Origin: an uncultured bacterium
Lineage (GTDB): Bacteria > SAR324 > NAC60-12
Reading direction: 5' to 3'
NCBI GenBank assembly: GCA_964010765.1
Contig: CAXGMD010000031.1
Span: forward strand, 1 to 35,921
DNA: 35,921 bases
Positions 26,639 to 35,921 of this stretch are shown one piece after another; within the stretch, counting starts at the first letter, position 1, and the number at the start of each line of letters is the position of its first letter. The position numbers and the translations under genes are program-made. The notes below the pieces were generated by a model, which worked only from the letters and a program-made list of their open reading frames with translations, did not search any database and was not told where the DNA came from.

Positions 26639-27900
26639 TTTGAAGCGGGTGGGGGGATATCTGGTAAACCTAGACATTTTGGAAGCGTAATCGAACCATC
26701 CGCCTGCTGCCCATTTTCAATGAGAGCAATCAATGTTCTGGAAACCGCGATAGCAGTGCCATTGAGCATATGAACAAATTGATTCTTTCCATCTGAATCC
26801 TTGAACCGAATGTTTAATCTCCGAGCCTGGTAGTCAGTACAATTTGAAGTGGACGTGATCTCACCCCAATGACCTCTACCTGGCATCCATGCTTCTAAGT
26901 CGTATTTTCGATAGGCGGGAGCACCGAGATCTCCAGTACAAATATCGACAACTCGATATGGAATCCCCAAGTCACTGTAAATTCTTTCCTCAATTTTCAG
27001 TAATTTCTCATGCATCTCGTTTGATTTATCAGGATGCGTGAAAGCAAACATCTCAATTTTCGAGAACTGATGTACTCGGTAAAGCCCTCTGGATTCACGC
27101 CCAGCTGCTCCAGCTTCTGTTCTGAAACAATGAGAGAAACCAGCCATTAAAATTGGAAGTTCTGCTTCAGAAAGAATCTGCTCTGAAAGAAGACCACCCA
27201 ATGTAATTTCAGCAGTTGCGATCAAACAAAGGTCGCTGTTTTCAATAGAATAAATCTGGGCTGAATCCCCTCTTGGTTGAAATCCTGTCCCCTGAACAAC
27301 ACTTGCCCGAGCTAAGTCTGGCGTCATGTGGACTGTGAAGCCCTCATTCTGAAGAAGTTTCAGGGCATATTGTGCCAGCGCTAACTCAAGGAATACCGAT
27401 TGGTTTTTGAGATAGTAAAATTTTTGGCCAACTACTTTTGATCCTCCCTCAAAGTCCACCAATTCCAGACTTTCCATGAGAGTCAAATGGTCTTTGGGAT
27501 CAAAATCGAAAATCCTCGGTTTTCCCACCTCACGCAACACCTTGTTTGCGTCTTCATCTATGCCAATTGGAGAATCTGGGTGAGTCAGGTTTGGAATTTG
27601 AGATAATAGATTGCCTCTCTCGACTTCTGCTGACTGGTGAGCGAGGTGCAGTGCTTCTTCTTTTTGCTTCAGTGATTTTGACTCTTCAATCAGAGTCTGT
27701 CTTTCATCCGCACTGAGTTTAGACTTCATCTGATTGCTAATTTCGTTTCGCCTTTGGCGGAGCGTATCTAGCTCTCCTTTCAAACCCCTGGCAAGTTCGT
27801 CTTGCTCTAAAAGTGGAGCTACCAAATCTGGCAAATTTCTATGTCGGCAATTTTCCGAAATTTTTTCAGGATTCTGACGGATTACTCGAAGATCGAGCAT
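26635..27900 (-). CDS. serS: Serine--tRNA ligase
   Basis: MLDLRVIR, coiled-coil arm, LIATAE, CFRTEAG, GLYRVHQFSKIE, EITSTSNCTDYQARR and HMLNGTA. Confidence 0.98.
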   Translation of the reverse strand: MLDLRVIRQNPEKISENCRHRNLPDLVAPLLEQDELARGLKGELDTLRQRRNEISNQMKSKLSADERQTLIEESKSLKQKEEALHLAHQSAEVERGNLLSQIPNLTHPDSPIGIDEDANKVLREVGKPRIFDFDPKDHLTLMESLELVDFEGGSKVVGQKFYYLKNQSVFLELALAQYALKLLQNEGFTVHMTPDLARASVVQGTGFQPRGDSAQIYSIENSDLCLIATAEITLGGLLSEQILSEAELPILMAGFSHCFRTEAGAAGRESRGLYRVHQFSKIEMFAFTHPDKSNEMHEKLLKIEERIYSDLGIPYRVVDICTGDLGAPAYRKYDLEAWMPGRGHWGEITSTSNCTDYQARRLNIRFKDSDGKNQFVHMLNGTAIAVSRTLIALIENGQQADGSITLPKCLGLPDIPPPASK

Positions 27901-27946
27901 GTTTCTAATTTATTCTGAGTAGTTAATTGTGGGCGAGATTTGATAC

Positions 27947-29416
27947 TTAGGAAGGCCACTGAGGTGGTCGTCGAGTATGGAAATCCGTATTTGCTTGAAT
28001 AGTCTCGCAGACTTTAAGAAGCCGATAGTCATCCATTGGCTTGCTCATCAACTGAAAGCCAATTGGTAATTCTTCTTTGCTAATTCCAGCAGGGATTGAG
28101 ATCGCGGGACATCTTGTAAAATTTGCCAACACGCTATAAATGTCTTCAAGATACATGGCTAATGGATCATCATTTTTGTCACCAAATTTGAATGGAACTC
28201 CAGGACTTACAGGCCCAATCAAAAAATCAAATTCTGTCAACAAGCTATGTATTTTTTTCTCGATAAATGCACGAATTTGATTTGCTTTTCCGTAGTAAGC
28301 ATCGTAGTAACCTGCACTGAGAACAAACGTACCCAACATGATTCGACGCTTTACCTCCGTTCCGAAGCCAGACTCCCTGGTGGTTTTATACAACTCATCT
28401 AGACCGCCACTGCCACCTCTCAATCCGTAGCGAATTCCATCAAATCTTCCCAAATTGGAACTAGCTTCAGCAAAGGAGATGACATAATAAGCTGGTATCA
28501 AGCAATCAAGGAAACCCAAAGATTTTTTCTCTACTATAGCTCCATGCTGAACCAACCAATCTGCCATATATGCAGTTGCTTCCGAGACGTCTTCTGAGAC
28601 TGTTTTTGAATCCAAATATTCAATTGGAAGGCAGAATTTTAAGGAATTTAGATCAATTTCCTCATCATATGAATCCAGCTTCTTCGCCAATGATGTACTG
28701 TCTTTGCTGTCAACATCCTGAATCGCTTCAAACAAGTAAGCACTGTCCTCAGCAGTTCTAGTTAGGCACCCCACTTGATCTAGCGATGATCCATAAGCCA
28801 CTAATCCATAACGAGATAATGCTCCATAGGTTGGTTTGAAACCTGTAATTCCGCAAAAAGAAGCAGGCTGCCGGACAGAGCCCCCTGTGTCTGATCCCAA
28901 AGCCGCAACTGCCATACCTGTAGCCACGGCAACCGCGGATCCTCCACTACTTCCCCCTGGAACCCTGCTGGGATGCCAAGGATTTAAAGTAGGTCCAAAC
29001 GCAGAGTTTTCATTGGAAGAACCCATTGCGAACTCGTCCATGTTGGTGGTGCCAATCACCAAAGCATCTTCATCTTTCAAGGCCTTCACGACTGTTGCAT
29101 CGTACGGTGAATGATAGCCTTCTAATATTTTTGAAGAGCAACCTGTGCTCAAACCTTGGTCTGCGATGCTGAGATTATCCTTAATAGCAACAGGCAACCC
29201 CGCCAACTTACCTATTTTTTCACCGTTTGAAATCTTTTGAGAAATCTGATCGGCACGCTTTAGCGATATCTCCCTTGGGACTAAGCTTCTGTAAACATTC
29301 AACTCCTGATCAAATTTTTCGATTTGATCGTAGACCAAATTGACCAAAGCAGTTGGATCTAAATCACCGGTTTGGATTTTCTGAACCAGTTGTGAAAGCG
29401 GAAAATCAAGAGTCAT
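27947..29416 (-). CDS. gatA: Asp-tRNA(Asn)/Glu-tRNA(Gln) amidotransferase subunit A
   Basis: AIKDN, NMDEFAMGSS, PGGSSGGS, GSDTGGSVRQPA, EASSNLGRFDGIRYG and EVKRRIMLGTFVLSAGYYDAYY. Confidence 0.97.
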   Translation of the reverse strand: MTLDFPLSQLVQKIQTGDLDPTALVNLVYDQIEKFDQELNVYRSLVPREISLKRADQISQKISNGEKIGKLAGLPVAIKDNLSIADQGLSTGCSSKILEGYHSPYDATVVKALKDEDALVIGTTNMDEFAMGSSNENSAFGPTLNPWHPSRVPGGSSGGSAVAVATGMAVAALGSDTGGSVRQPASFCGITGFKPTYGALSRYGLVAYGSSLDQVGCLTRTAEDSAYLFEAIQDVDSKDSTSLAKKLDSYDEEIDLNSLKFCLPIEYLDSKTVSEDVSEATAYMADWLVQHGAIVEKKSLGFLDCLIPAYYVISFAEASSNLGRFDGIRYGLRGGSGGLDELYKTTRESGFGTEVKRRIMLGTFVLSAGYYDAYYGKANQIRAFIEKKIHSLLTEFDFLIGPVSPGVPFKFGDKNDDPLAMYLEDIYSVLANFTRCPAISIPAGISKEELPIGFQLMSKPMDDYRLLKVCETIQANTDFHTRRPPQWPS

Positions 29417-29476
29417 CTGGAGGGATAAATTTCTCTAAAAAAACTAAATCCAAAACTCTGCAGTCTTATGAAAAAC

Positions 29477-29534
29477 TTTGAAATGTATCATGAATTTCAA
29501 AATTAACAATACATTTTTGTATGTGTACCATACA
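29477..29534. promoter_or_regulatory. Two palindromes in the divergent gatA/DUF3050 promoter region (candidate operators)
   Basis: TTTGAAAT-N9-ATTTCAAA (29477-29501) and TGTATG-N5-CATACA (29518-29534). Confidence 0.35.
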
Positions 29535-29624
29535 CCGATCAATGTAAAAACCTTGTTGTCCAGAGGCAAAAAAAGTTAAGATTTTTTTTCAATTCTTTAA
29601 TTTGATTTTCACAAGGACAAAGCA

Positions 29625-30386
29625 ATGGAATCATTGAGATTGCTGAGGAGAGACCTGCTGGAAAGGCAAATGGCAAATCAATTGGGCAGCGAAGAAGCTC
29701 TTATTAGATTTATGTCCAACCATGTATTTGCTGTTTGGGACTTCCAATCACTTTTGAAAGCACTACAACAGCGGTTGACTTGTGTTCAAGTACCCTGGAC
29801 CCCGACATCTGATCGGGAGGCTCGAAGGCTGATTAATGAGATTGTTCTTGACGAAGAGAGCGGTCCTCATCCAGATGGTAGCTATGCATCTCACTTTGAA
29901 CTTTACTTGGACGCGATGAAAAAAGCTGGTGCTAACACCAAATTAATTGAGGAATGGCTCTCTTTAATAGAAAAATCCGGCAACTTTTCAACAGCAATTA
30001 CTTCCACAAATTTGCCGTCTCATGTCGAGAAATTTTTGAAAACCACCTTCTCGTTCATTGAGCAAGGCTCTCTTGTCACGATCGCTTCTTCGTTTTTGTA
30101 TGGTCGAGAAGACATTATTCCCGATCTCTTCAGACAACTAGTTCAACGCTTGGATCAAGAAAATCCTGAGAAATGGGGATATTTCAAATTTTACCTTGAA
30201 GAGCATATTCACTGTGATGAAGAGAAGCATGGTCCAGCAGCGGAGCGACTGATGCAAAGGATTTGTGGGAATGATCCGATTCTATGGGCGGAGGCGGAGC
30301 ATGCAGCCAGAATTGCCCTAATAGCTCGGATTGAATTTTGGGATGCGATGGTAGCCTCTCAAGTTGCAAAACCAAAGGCAGCCTAA
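29625..30386 (+). CDS. DUF3050 family heme-oxygenase-like (diiron) protein
   Basis: FMSNHVFAVWDFQSLLKALQ, RLINEIVLDEES, SHFELYLDAM, GREDIIP and YLEEHIHCDEEKHGP. RBS AAGGA. Confidence 0.88.
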   Translation: MESLRLLRRDLLERQMANQLGSEEALIRFMSNHVFAVWDFQSLLKALQQRLTCVQVPWTPTSDREARRLINEIVLDEESGPHPDGSYASHFELYLDAMKKAGANTKLIEEWLSLIEKSGNFSTAITSTNLPSHVEKFLKTTFSFIEQGSLVTIASSFLYGREDIIPDLFRQLVQRLDQENPEKWGYFKFYLEEHIHCDEEKHGPAAERLMQRICGNDPILWAEAEHAARIALIARIEFWDAMVASQVAKPKAA

Positions 30387-30564
30387 GCTATAACTTAACC
30401 ATCATTTGCGATAGGAAACTCTGATTTGCTGGCTAGAAACTGGTAATCCTTCCTGAAATTATAAATTTCATTCCCAGAGACTGTTAATATTACCCAGTTA
30501 GCAAAATTTATCTTTTCACAACGAATCCAACTTCAATAACGTTAAAAATTCCTGAGGGTCAGCA

Positions 30565-31695
30565 TTGGTTGAAGGAGTAGACCATCTTACAGTCGCAATC
30601 AATGGCAACCTGATGCATCCTCAACCTACTGGATTGAGCCGCTATGGAGTAGAACTATGCAGTTGGTTACTAAGGTTACTGCCAAAAGCAAAAATCTATA
30701 CAAAATTGAAGGAGTTGGAAGATCTTTTTCCTGAGCAAGTAGTCTCAAGTGGACCAAAATTTAAACATCCCGCCAATCTCACTTCAAATTTAAAAAGATT
30801 TCTCTGGCTTCAAACTGGGATGCGCCTCAACTTATATTTCAAGAAACCCAAGCTGAACTTTGCACCCATAGCAGAGGGAATCATTTACAGCCCAGTACCT
30901 CAGATTGTTACCATCCATGATTTGCTACCGCTTTATGATCCTGATTTTATGCCGCGTTGGAAAATCTACTACAGCAAAATTCTTCCAAAAATCCTGAAAA
31001 ACCATTGTAGAAAGATCATCTGTGTTTCAGAATTCACTAGGGTTGAGCTTTTAAAAAATTATCCTGAAATGAATGAAAATCTAATCAAAGTAATTCACCC
31101 TGGATTCAACCCACTAAGATTTCAGACTGACAGAGAATTTAGTGTTTTCGAAAAATTTGGGTTCCGTGATTATTACTTGATGGTAGGAGAAGGAAGACCA
31201 TACAAAAATCTAGAGTTGGTTCCAAAAGCCCTGAGCATTTACAGAGGAAATTCGATTTTGGCCATTTGTGGTCGAGTTCCAGAAGACGAGAAGGCGAGAA
31301 TTCAAGGAATTGCAAATGAAGTTGGTGTAGGAGCAAGGATGAAGTGGTTGGGGTATGTGTCAGACGAAGATCTGGGCATTTTGTATAAAAACTCCAAGGC
31401 TTTTATATTTCCTAGTCGTTACGAAGGGTTTGGACTTCCTTTGCTGGAAGCGATGTCCTTTGGTGCTCCTATCCTTTCTTCAAATGCTGCAAGCTTACCT
31501 GAAGTGGGTGGAAGTGTGCCGATATATTTTGATCCATTTGATCCAATGGACCTTAGCCAGAAAATGAAGCTTTTAGATGACGATCAAACTCTTGTTGAAA
31601 GAATGCGAACCGCTGGTTACAAGCGTGTAAAACATTTCACTTGGGAAGAGTCTGCTCATAAGCATATTGCTCTCTTCAAAAATGTTTTGAATTAA
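30565..31695 (+). CDS. Glycosyltransferase family 4 (GT-B)
   Basis: TGLSRY, TIHDLLP, VSEFT, PYKNL and FPSRYEGFGLPLLEAMS (EX7E). Confidence 0.93.
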   Translation: MVEGVDHLTVAINGNLMHPQPTGLSRYGVELCSWLLRLLPKAKIYTKLKELEDLFPEQVVSSGPKFKHPANLTSNLKRFLWLQTGMRLNLYFKKPKLNFAPIAEGIIYSPVPQIVTIHDLLPLYDPDFMPRWKIYYSKILPKILKNHCRKIICVSEFTRVELLKNYPEMNENLIKVIHPGFNPLRFQTDREFSVFEKFGFRDYYLMVGEGRPYKNLELVPKALSIYRGNSILAICGRVPEDEKARIQGIANEVGVGARMKWLGYVSDEDLGILYKNSKAFIFPSRYEGFGLPLLEAMSFGAPILSSNAASLPEVGGSVPIYFDPFDPMDLSQKMKLLDDDQTLVERMRTAGYKRVKHFTWEESAHKHIALFKNVLN

Positions 31696-32890
31696 TTTTC
31701 ATCTTTATTTCTTGAAAAATGACTATCCCACAAGCTATTGGCACAAAACTCTCCGTGATCAGAGTTGACCAAACTGCTCCAGTAGCACCATATTCTGGAA
31801 TCCAGATTAAATTGAGAAAGATATTAATCAACAAGCCACAAAATGTGAAAAGTAAATAAATTTTTTGTTTATCTATAGCTACCAGTGATTGAGTCATGAG
31901 CGTACCCAGATAAACCAATGGAATAGCCCATGAAAGAAGTTGAAGTAAGTTTCCTGCTTTACTAAATTCAGGGGGGTAAAAATTATTGAAAAACCATACT
32001 GAAAAGAAGGACACCAGCATTCCAAGCAGCATTCCAGAAATGCCCAAAATTTTAATGCCTTTTTGAAAGGATGAAAGAAATCGGTCATTCTGTGATAATG
32101 AACCAATCAGCGCTGATGTGATGAGTGAAGGAAGAAAGAAAGAACCTTCCACTATTACAAATGCTGCATTGTACAAAGCCACTTCTCCCTCATCCACTAG
32201 ATATCCAATCATCGCGGTGTCAATTCTAAAGTACATTTGTATCAAGATGAGCACTATTCCAAGTGTCCATGCCTCTTTCAAAAGCTCATTAAAGTTGGTT
32301 TCATCATTTTTTTTATCAATTGATTTTATTTTACTAGCTTCTAATAGCAACCAAATCAAACCAATCAACCTAGGAATAGCAAGCCCTGCAGCGGCGATCC
32401 AAGGTTCTTTAAGATCAATTGACCAAGTAAACAATAAGAAACTTAGAGACAATAAATTTTGAACTGGTAAAACTACAGATTCTCTCCTTAAATCTTCCAT
32501 TCCTCTATAAAGCCCAAACAAAACTTGTTGCACACTATTGCAAAGAAAATGAAGACCAAGAAAAAAAAGCAATATTGGATCAGAACCTAATAAATAACCT
32601 ATCATGAAAACTGCGGGTAAAAGTATGGATCCCGCAATTTTTTGATATCGAAGAGCCAAAATTTTCACGCTTAAATGCCCCCGGCTCGTCCATTTTGCAA
32701 CTATTTGAGACAATCCTAATTCAAGAATTGGTTGGACAAGCATTAAACCAATTGACCAATGCAAAGCAAAAACGCCATACCCATACTGTCCCAAAATAAA
32801 TGGGAGCAAGAGATGATAAACAAAGATTTCACTCTTTGCTATTAATTGTCCTATTATTCCCCAACTTAGATTATACTTTAGAGATTGCAA
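31676..32890 (-). CDS. Polysaccharide flippase (Wzx/MATE-like)
   Basis: Polytopic membrane protein with YFRIDTAMIG, VALYNAA and NIFLNLIWIPEYGATGA. Confidence 0.88.
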   Translation of the reverse strand: MQSLKYNLSWGIIGQLIAKSEIFVYHLLLPFILGQYGYGVFALHWSIGLMLVQPILELGLSQIVAKWTSRGHLSVKILALRYQKIAGSILLPAVFMIGYLLGSDPILLFFLGLHFLCNSVQQVLFGLYRGMEDLRRESVVLPVQNLLSLSFLLFTWSIDLKEPWIAAAGLAIPRLIGLIWLLLEASKIKSIDKKNDETNFNELLKEAWTLGIVLILIQMYFRIDTAMIGYLVDEGEVALYNAAFVIVEGSFFLPSLITSALIGSLSQNDRFLSSFQKGIKILGISGMLLGMLVSFFSVWFFNNFYPPEFSKAGNLLQLLSWAIPLVYLGTLMTQSLVAIDKQKIYLLFTFCGLLINIFLNLIWIPEYGATGAVWSTLITESFVPIACGIVIFQEIKMKINSKHF

Positions 32891-33015
32891 ATTGACACCT
32901 TATTTCCTTACCATAAATGTAGTTAAATTTGAAATTGATAGATGAGTTTTATTTCACATTTATTCATAGCTGAAAGAAAATTACATAAAACTTATTAGAA
33001 TGGTGTGTCTTATTT

Positions 33016-34578
33016 ATGAAAATTATTGGCGCAATTGATATTGGATCCAACGCTATTCGGATGATCTGTGCCCGTTTGACTCCTGACAGAAGAATCGAAT
33101 TGGTCGAATCTGTCAGGACCCCTCTTCGTCTGGGTTTGGATGTCTTCAAATTCGGATATCTGCAAGAATCGACCATCAATAATTTAGTTGAATCAATAGA
33201 AATATTTCAAAGGACTTTATCACAGAACAAATGTGAGCAAATTCGAGCATACGGAACCAGCGCTTTGAGGGAGGCAGACAACGCTGATGAAGTGATTTCT
33301 AAGATTGAGAGAATTACTGGAATTCAAGTCGAAGCCATCTCAGGTGGAAAGGAAGCAGAACTGCTTCAGAGAGCTGTAAATCAGGTTGTTCCTTTACAAT
33401 CAGGCAGTTTTTTGATGGCAGATCTGGGTGGTGGAAGCGTGGAAATCACTCTTGTTGAGAATGGGGAGATTCAGTTTGCTGAATCGTTCAGGATGGGAAC
33501 CGTCCGATTAATTCAGATGTTCCCTTACACGCCCGAGAGAGAACAGGAATTTAGAACTTGGGCCAAGTCTTACATTCGCGATTTCATTTCCACTTTAGCT
33601 TCTCGGTTAAATTTTCAGCAGATTGATTCCCTCATTCTCACTGGGGGCAATGCCAATGCAATGACTAATCTTTATGAGAATAGTAAACTAACAGGTGGAA
33701 CATTTTCTCAAGGTGCCTTCTTCTTTGACAGCAACTGCTTGCAGAGCTTGAAGAAAATGCTCAAGAATTCGACTTTTGAAGAGCGGATTGAAAAGTTCGG
33801 GATGTCTTCGGACAGAGCAGATGTGATTATACCGGCATCTTTGATGTTTAGTGCTCTTCTCAAATTCAGCCGTTCGAAGACAGTAGTTTTCCCAATGGTA
33901 GGATTGAGGGATGGAATTTTGAACGAAATGCTAGAAGAAAATTTGGGAGATCCTGCAGGGGGTGAGTATGAACAGATCATTCACTCAGCTTTCTACAATG
34001 CTCGAAGATATTCTGCGAACATCCGACACGCTAAAGTGGTTCATCAACTAGCCGTACAGATTTATGATGGAATCAAAGAACTTCATGGGCTTTTTCAGCG
34101 TGAAAGACTTTTATTGGAAGTAGCTGCTATTCTTCATGACATCGGTCGCTTCATTAGACCGTCCAGCCATCACAAACACTCTCAGTATTTGATTCAAAAT
34201 ATTGAATTGGTAGGTGTGACTAACTCAGAATTGAAATTAATTAGCCTGATTGCCAGGTATCACGCAGGTTCAGCGCCTTCTGAGAATCATACTGATTTTC
34301 AGAAGTTATCCCCTAAAAATAAGACAATCGTCAGAAACCTTGCAGCTATTTTACGAGTTGCTGATGCTCTTGATCGTGAACACAAAGAGCGCGTTCATTC
34401 AGTGATGGTTCGTTTGGAATCAAGCCGTGTGCTTCTAATTCCAAGTGGAGATCATGATCAATTGCTTGCAAACTGGGCAGTAAACAATAAGAAATCTCTA
34501 TTTGAAGAACAGTTCCATCGGCAGTTGGAATTGCAAAAGAATTTCAGTCCTGAGGATATCCCTTTGAGAGTCAATTGA
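33016..34578 (+). CDS. ppx: Ppx/GppA phosphatase with C-terminal HD domain
   Basis: AIDIGSNAIR, GTSALREA, DLGGGSVE, RADVI, GLRDG, LHDIG and LRVADALD. Confidence 0.93.
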   Translation: MKIIGAIDIGSNAIRMICARLTPDRRIELVESVRTPLRLGLDVFKFGYLQESTINNLVESIEIFQRTLSQNKCEQIRAYGTSALREADNADEVISKIERITGIQVEAISGGKEAELLQRAVNQVVPLQSGSFLMADLGGGSVEITLVENGEIQFAESFRMGTVRLIQMFPYTPEREQEFRTWAKSYIRDFISTLASRLNFQQIDSLILTGGNANAMTNLYENSKLTGGTFSQGAFFFDSNCLQSLKKMLKNSTFEERIEKFGMSSDRADVIIPASLMFSALLKFSRSKTVVFPMVGLRDGILNEMLEENLGDPAGGEYEQIIHSAFYNARRYSANIRHAKVVHQLAVQIYDGIKELHGLFQRERLLLEVAAILHDIGRFIRPSSHHKHSQYLIQNIELVGVTNSELKLISLIARYHAGSAPSENHTDFQKLSPKNKTIVRNLAAILRVADALDREHKERVHSVMVRLESSRVLLIPSGDHDQLLANWAVNNKKSLFEEQFHRQLELQKNFSPEDIPLRVN

Positions 34579-34579
34579 A

Positions 34580-35620
34580 TTGACTGAAGGCCCACTCGTT
34601 TCGATTTTGATGCCAGTCCATAATGATGCTGCTTTCCTGGACGAATGCATTCAAAGCACGATCAATCAGGAATATTCCAATTGGGAGTATTGTATCGTCG
34701 ATGACGGATCGACTGATAGTAGCTCTTTGAAATTAGAAAAATGGAGCAGAATAGATAAGCGAATACATTACATTTCAAGTGGCCATCAAGGGATCGTTCC
34801 AAGCTTGAACGCTGCAGCAAAATTGGCGAATGGATCAATCATCGCTAGAATGGATGCGGACGATGCTATGCGTCCCAATCGACTTCTTGAGCAGGTAAGC
34901 TTTTTGAGTAAAAATTCAGAAGTGGGCTTGATTGGCTCTTGTTTTCAGTATTTTTCAAATACCAAGAGTGAATCTATCCCAAAATGGATCCTTCATCATG
35001 AGGATTGGAGTAATCGACTTCTCAGTTCAGATGATATTCATCAAGCCCTTTTTGCAGAATCGCCTATCGCTCACCCTACTTTTTGTATGCGAAAGGAAAT
35101 CTTTGAAAAATTGGGGGGATACCATGACAGCTCATGGGCTGAAGATTATGATTTTCTTCATCGAGCCAGAATCCAAGGTGTCATATTAGGTAAGGTTGCC
35201 TCTACCCTTGTAGACAAAAGATTCAATCATGAATGTATTTCCAACTATGAACCAAGATATCGACAAGCTACTAATATGGAAGCCAAGGTTTATTTTGGTA
35301 ATATGAAGCAAATTTTCAATGGACGGGACCTCTGGGTGGTTGGTAGTGGAGGTAGTGCTAAGTCCCTACTGAGTACACTTCAGAAATTTGAAATACCTGT
35401 AGAAGGGATCATCGACAATAAAATCCATCGAGGCACACCAAGAAAATTAATGGGTAACTCAGTCAGTGGGATCTCCAACCCTGAGAATGAAAAATCATGG
35501 GAAAAATTCAAGAGCAAGCGACTGCTACTTGCTATTGGCGGTGAAAAAGGGCAGCAATTGGTAAATCAATTTAAATCTTGGGGCTGGAAACAACCGGAGG
35601 ATTTTGTAAAGCTGGTTTGA
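34580..35620 (+). CDS. Glycosyltransferase family 2 with C-terminal Rossmann-like extension
   Basis: VSILMPVHN, VDDGSTD, ARMDADD, HPT and AEDYDF. The tail reads LWVVGSGGSAK...GIID. Confidence 0.92.
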   Translation: MTEGPLVSILMPVHNDAAFLDECIQSTINQEYSNWEYCIVDDGSTDSSSLKLEKWSRIDKRIHYISSGHQGIVPSLNAAAKLANGSIIARMDADDAMRPNRLLEQVSFLSKNSEVGLIGSCFQYFSNTKSESIPKWILHHEDWSNRLLSSDDIHQALFAESPIAHPTFCMRKEIFEKLGGYHDSSWAEDYDFLHRARIQGVILGKVASTLVDKRFNHECISNYEPRYRQATNMEAKVYFGNMKQIFNGRDLWVVGSGGSAKSLLSTLQKFEIPVEGIIDNKIHRGTPRKLMGNSVSGISNPENEKSWEKFKSKRLLLAIGGEKGQQLVNQFKSWGWKQPEDFVKLV

Positions 35621-35641
35621 AAACATTCAGCGGAGGGGATT

Positions 35642-35921
35642 ATGTTTGATCAATTGTTTGTCGGCTTGGGCGTCCTGTGGGGGCTGGTTTGGCTACTTAT
35701 TTATGTTCAGAGACGCTTTCGCAAGCCACATGACGACACCACATCCTGTGAACATTTATTGCAATTCCTGCTAGAAAATCGTGCGAGGTTCCCAAATCTA
35801 CTGGCTAGTAACATCAATCCATTGATGGAGCAGTTCCGCAAAGAATTCAGAGGCGTTCCTGCAGAAAAAATACGCCCCTCTGACTTTCACACTTTTGCAG
35901 CTCAAATTGAAGTCAAGTTAG
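35642..35921 (+). CDS. Hypothetical protein with N-terminal membrane anchor, 3'-truncated
   Basis: ATG 35642 follows GGAGG. It reads MFDQLFVGLGVLWGLVWLLIYVQRRFRK... and stays open to the window end. Confidence 0.75.
   Translation, partial: MFDQLFVGLGVLWGLVWLLIYVQRRFRKPHDDTTSCEHLLQFLLENRARFPNLLASNINPLMEQFRKEFRGVPAEKIRPSDFHTFAAQIEVKL

Noticed and set aside
26639..26677. Longer argJ start from the ORF track
   Set aside because: It would overlap serS by 43 nt. The ATGA-coupled start at 26638 is more typical.
29518..29534. NtcA binding site
   Set aside because: The spacing is GTA-N9-TAC rather than N8, and the organism does not look cyanobacterial.
25454..30386. Mangotoxin-like toxin/self-resistance link between DUF3050 and argJ
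   Set aside because: No NRPS or N-oxygenase is nearby, and argJ sits in a housekeeping run, so the proximity is likely coincidental.

Overview
A bacterial chromosomal segment, probably from a marine deltaproteobacterium-like lineage such as SAR324 (inference from gene content and style, not verified). Left third is a metal-homeostasis region. It holds the 3' end of a His-rich ZnuA-type binding protein gene and a coupled three-gene unit: small Cys protein, COG0523 GTPase with an internal insertion, and WD40 protein. It also holds a Zrg/PA4064-66-like ABC ATPase, permease and DUF3299 set, a tandem GNAT, an RRM RNA-binding protein gene flanked by long hairpin-rich non-coding RNA, and an Fe(III) ABC binding protein plus permease. 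The centre has a 2166-aa exported TPR-like protein built from six ~274-aa super-repeats, divergent from a long-form ispG. A long minus-strand housekeeping run follows: gatA, serS, argJ, argF, gltA, an unannotated 51-aa basic ORF, xth, a small membrane protein, two paralogous beta-barrel OMPs and an EntD-type PPTase. The right end has a standalone DUF3050 heme-oxygenase-like protein, GT4, a Wzx-like flippase, Ppx/GppA, GT2 and a truncated membrane protein. No rRNA, tRNA, CRISPR or mobile element was recognised. The best novelty candidates are the RRM gene's ~430-nt structured leader, the giant super-repeat TPR protein and the COG0523/WD40/Cys-protein module.
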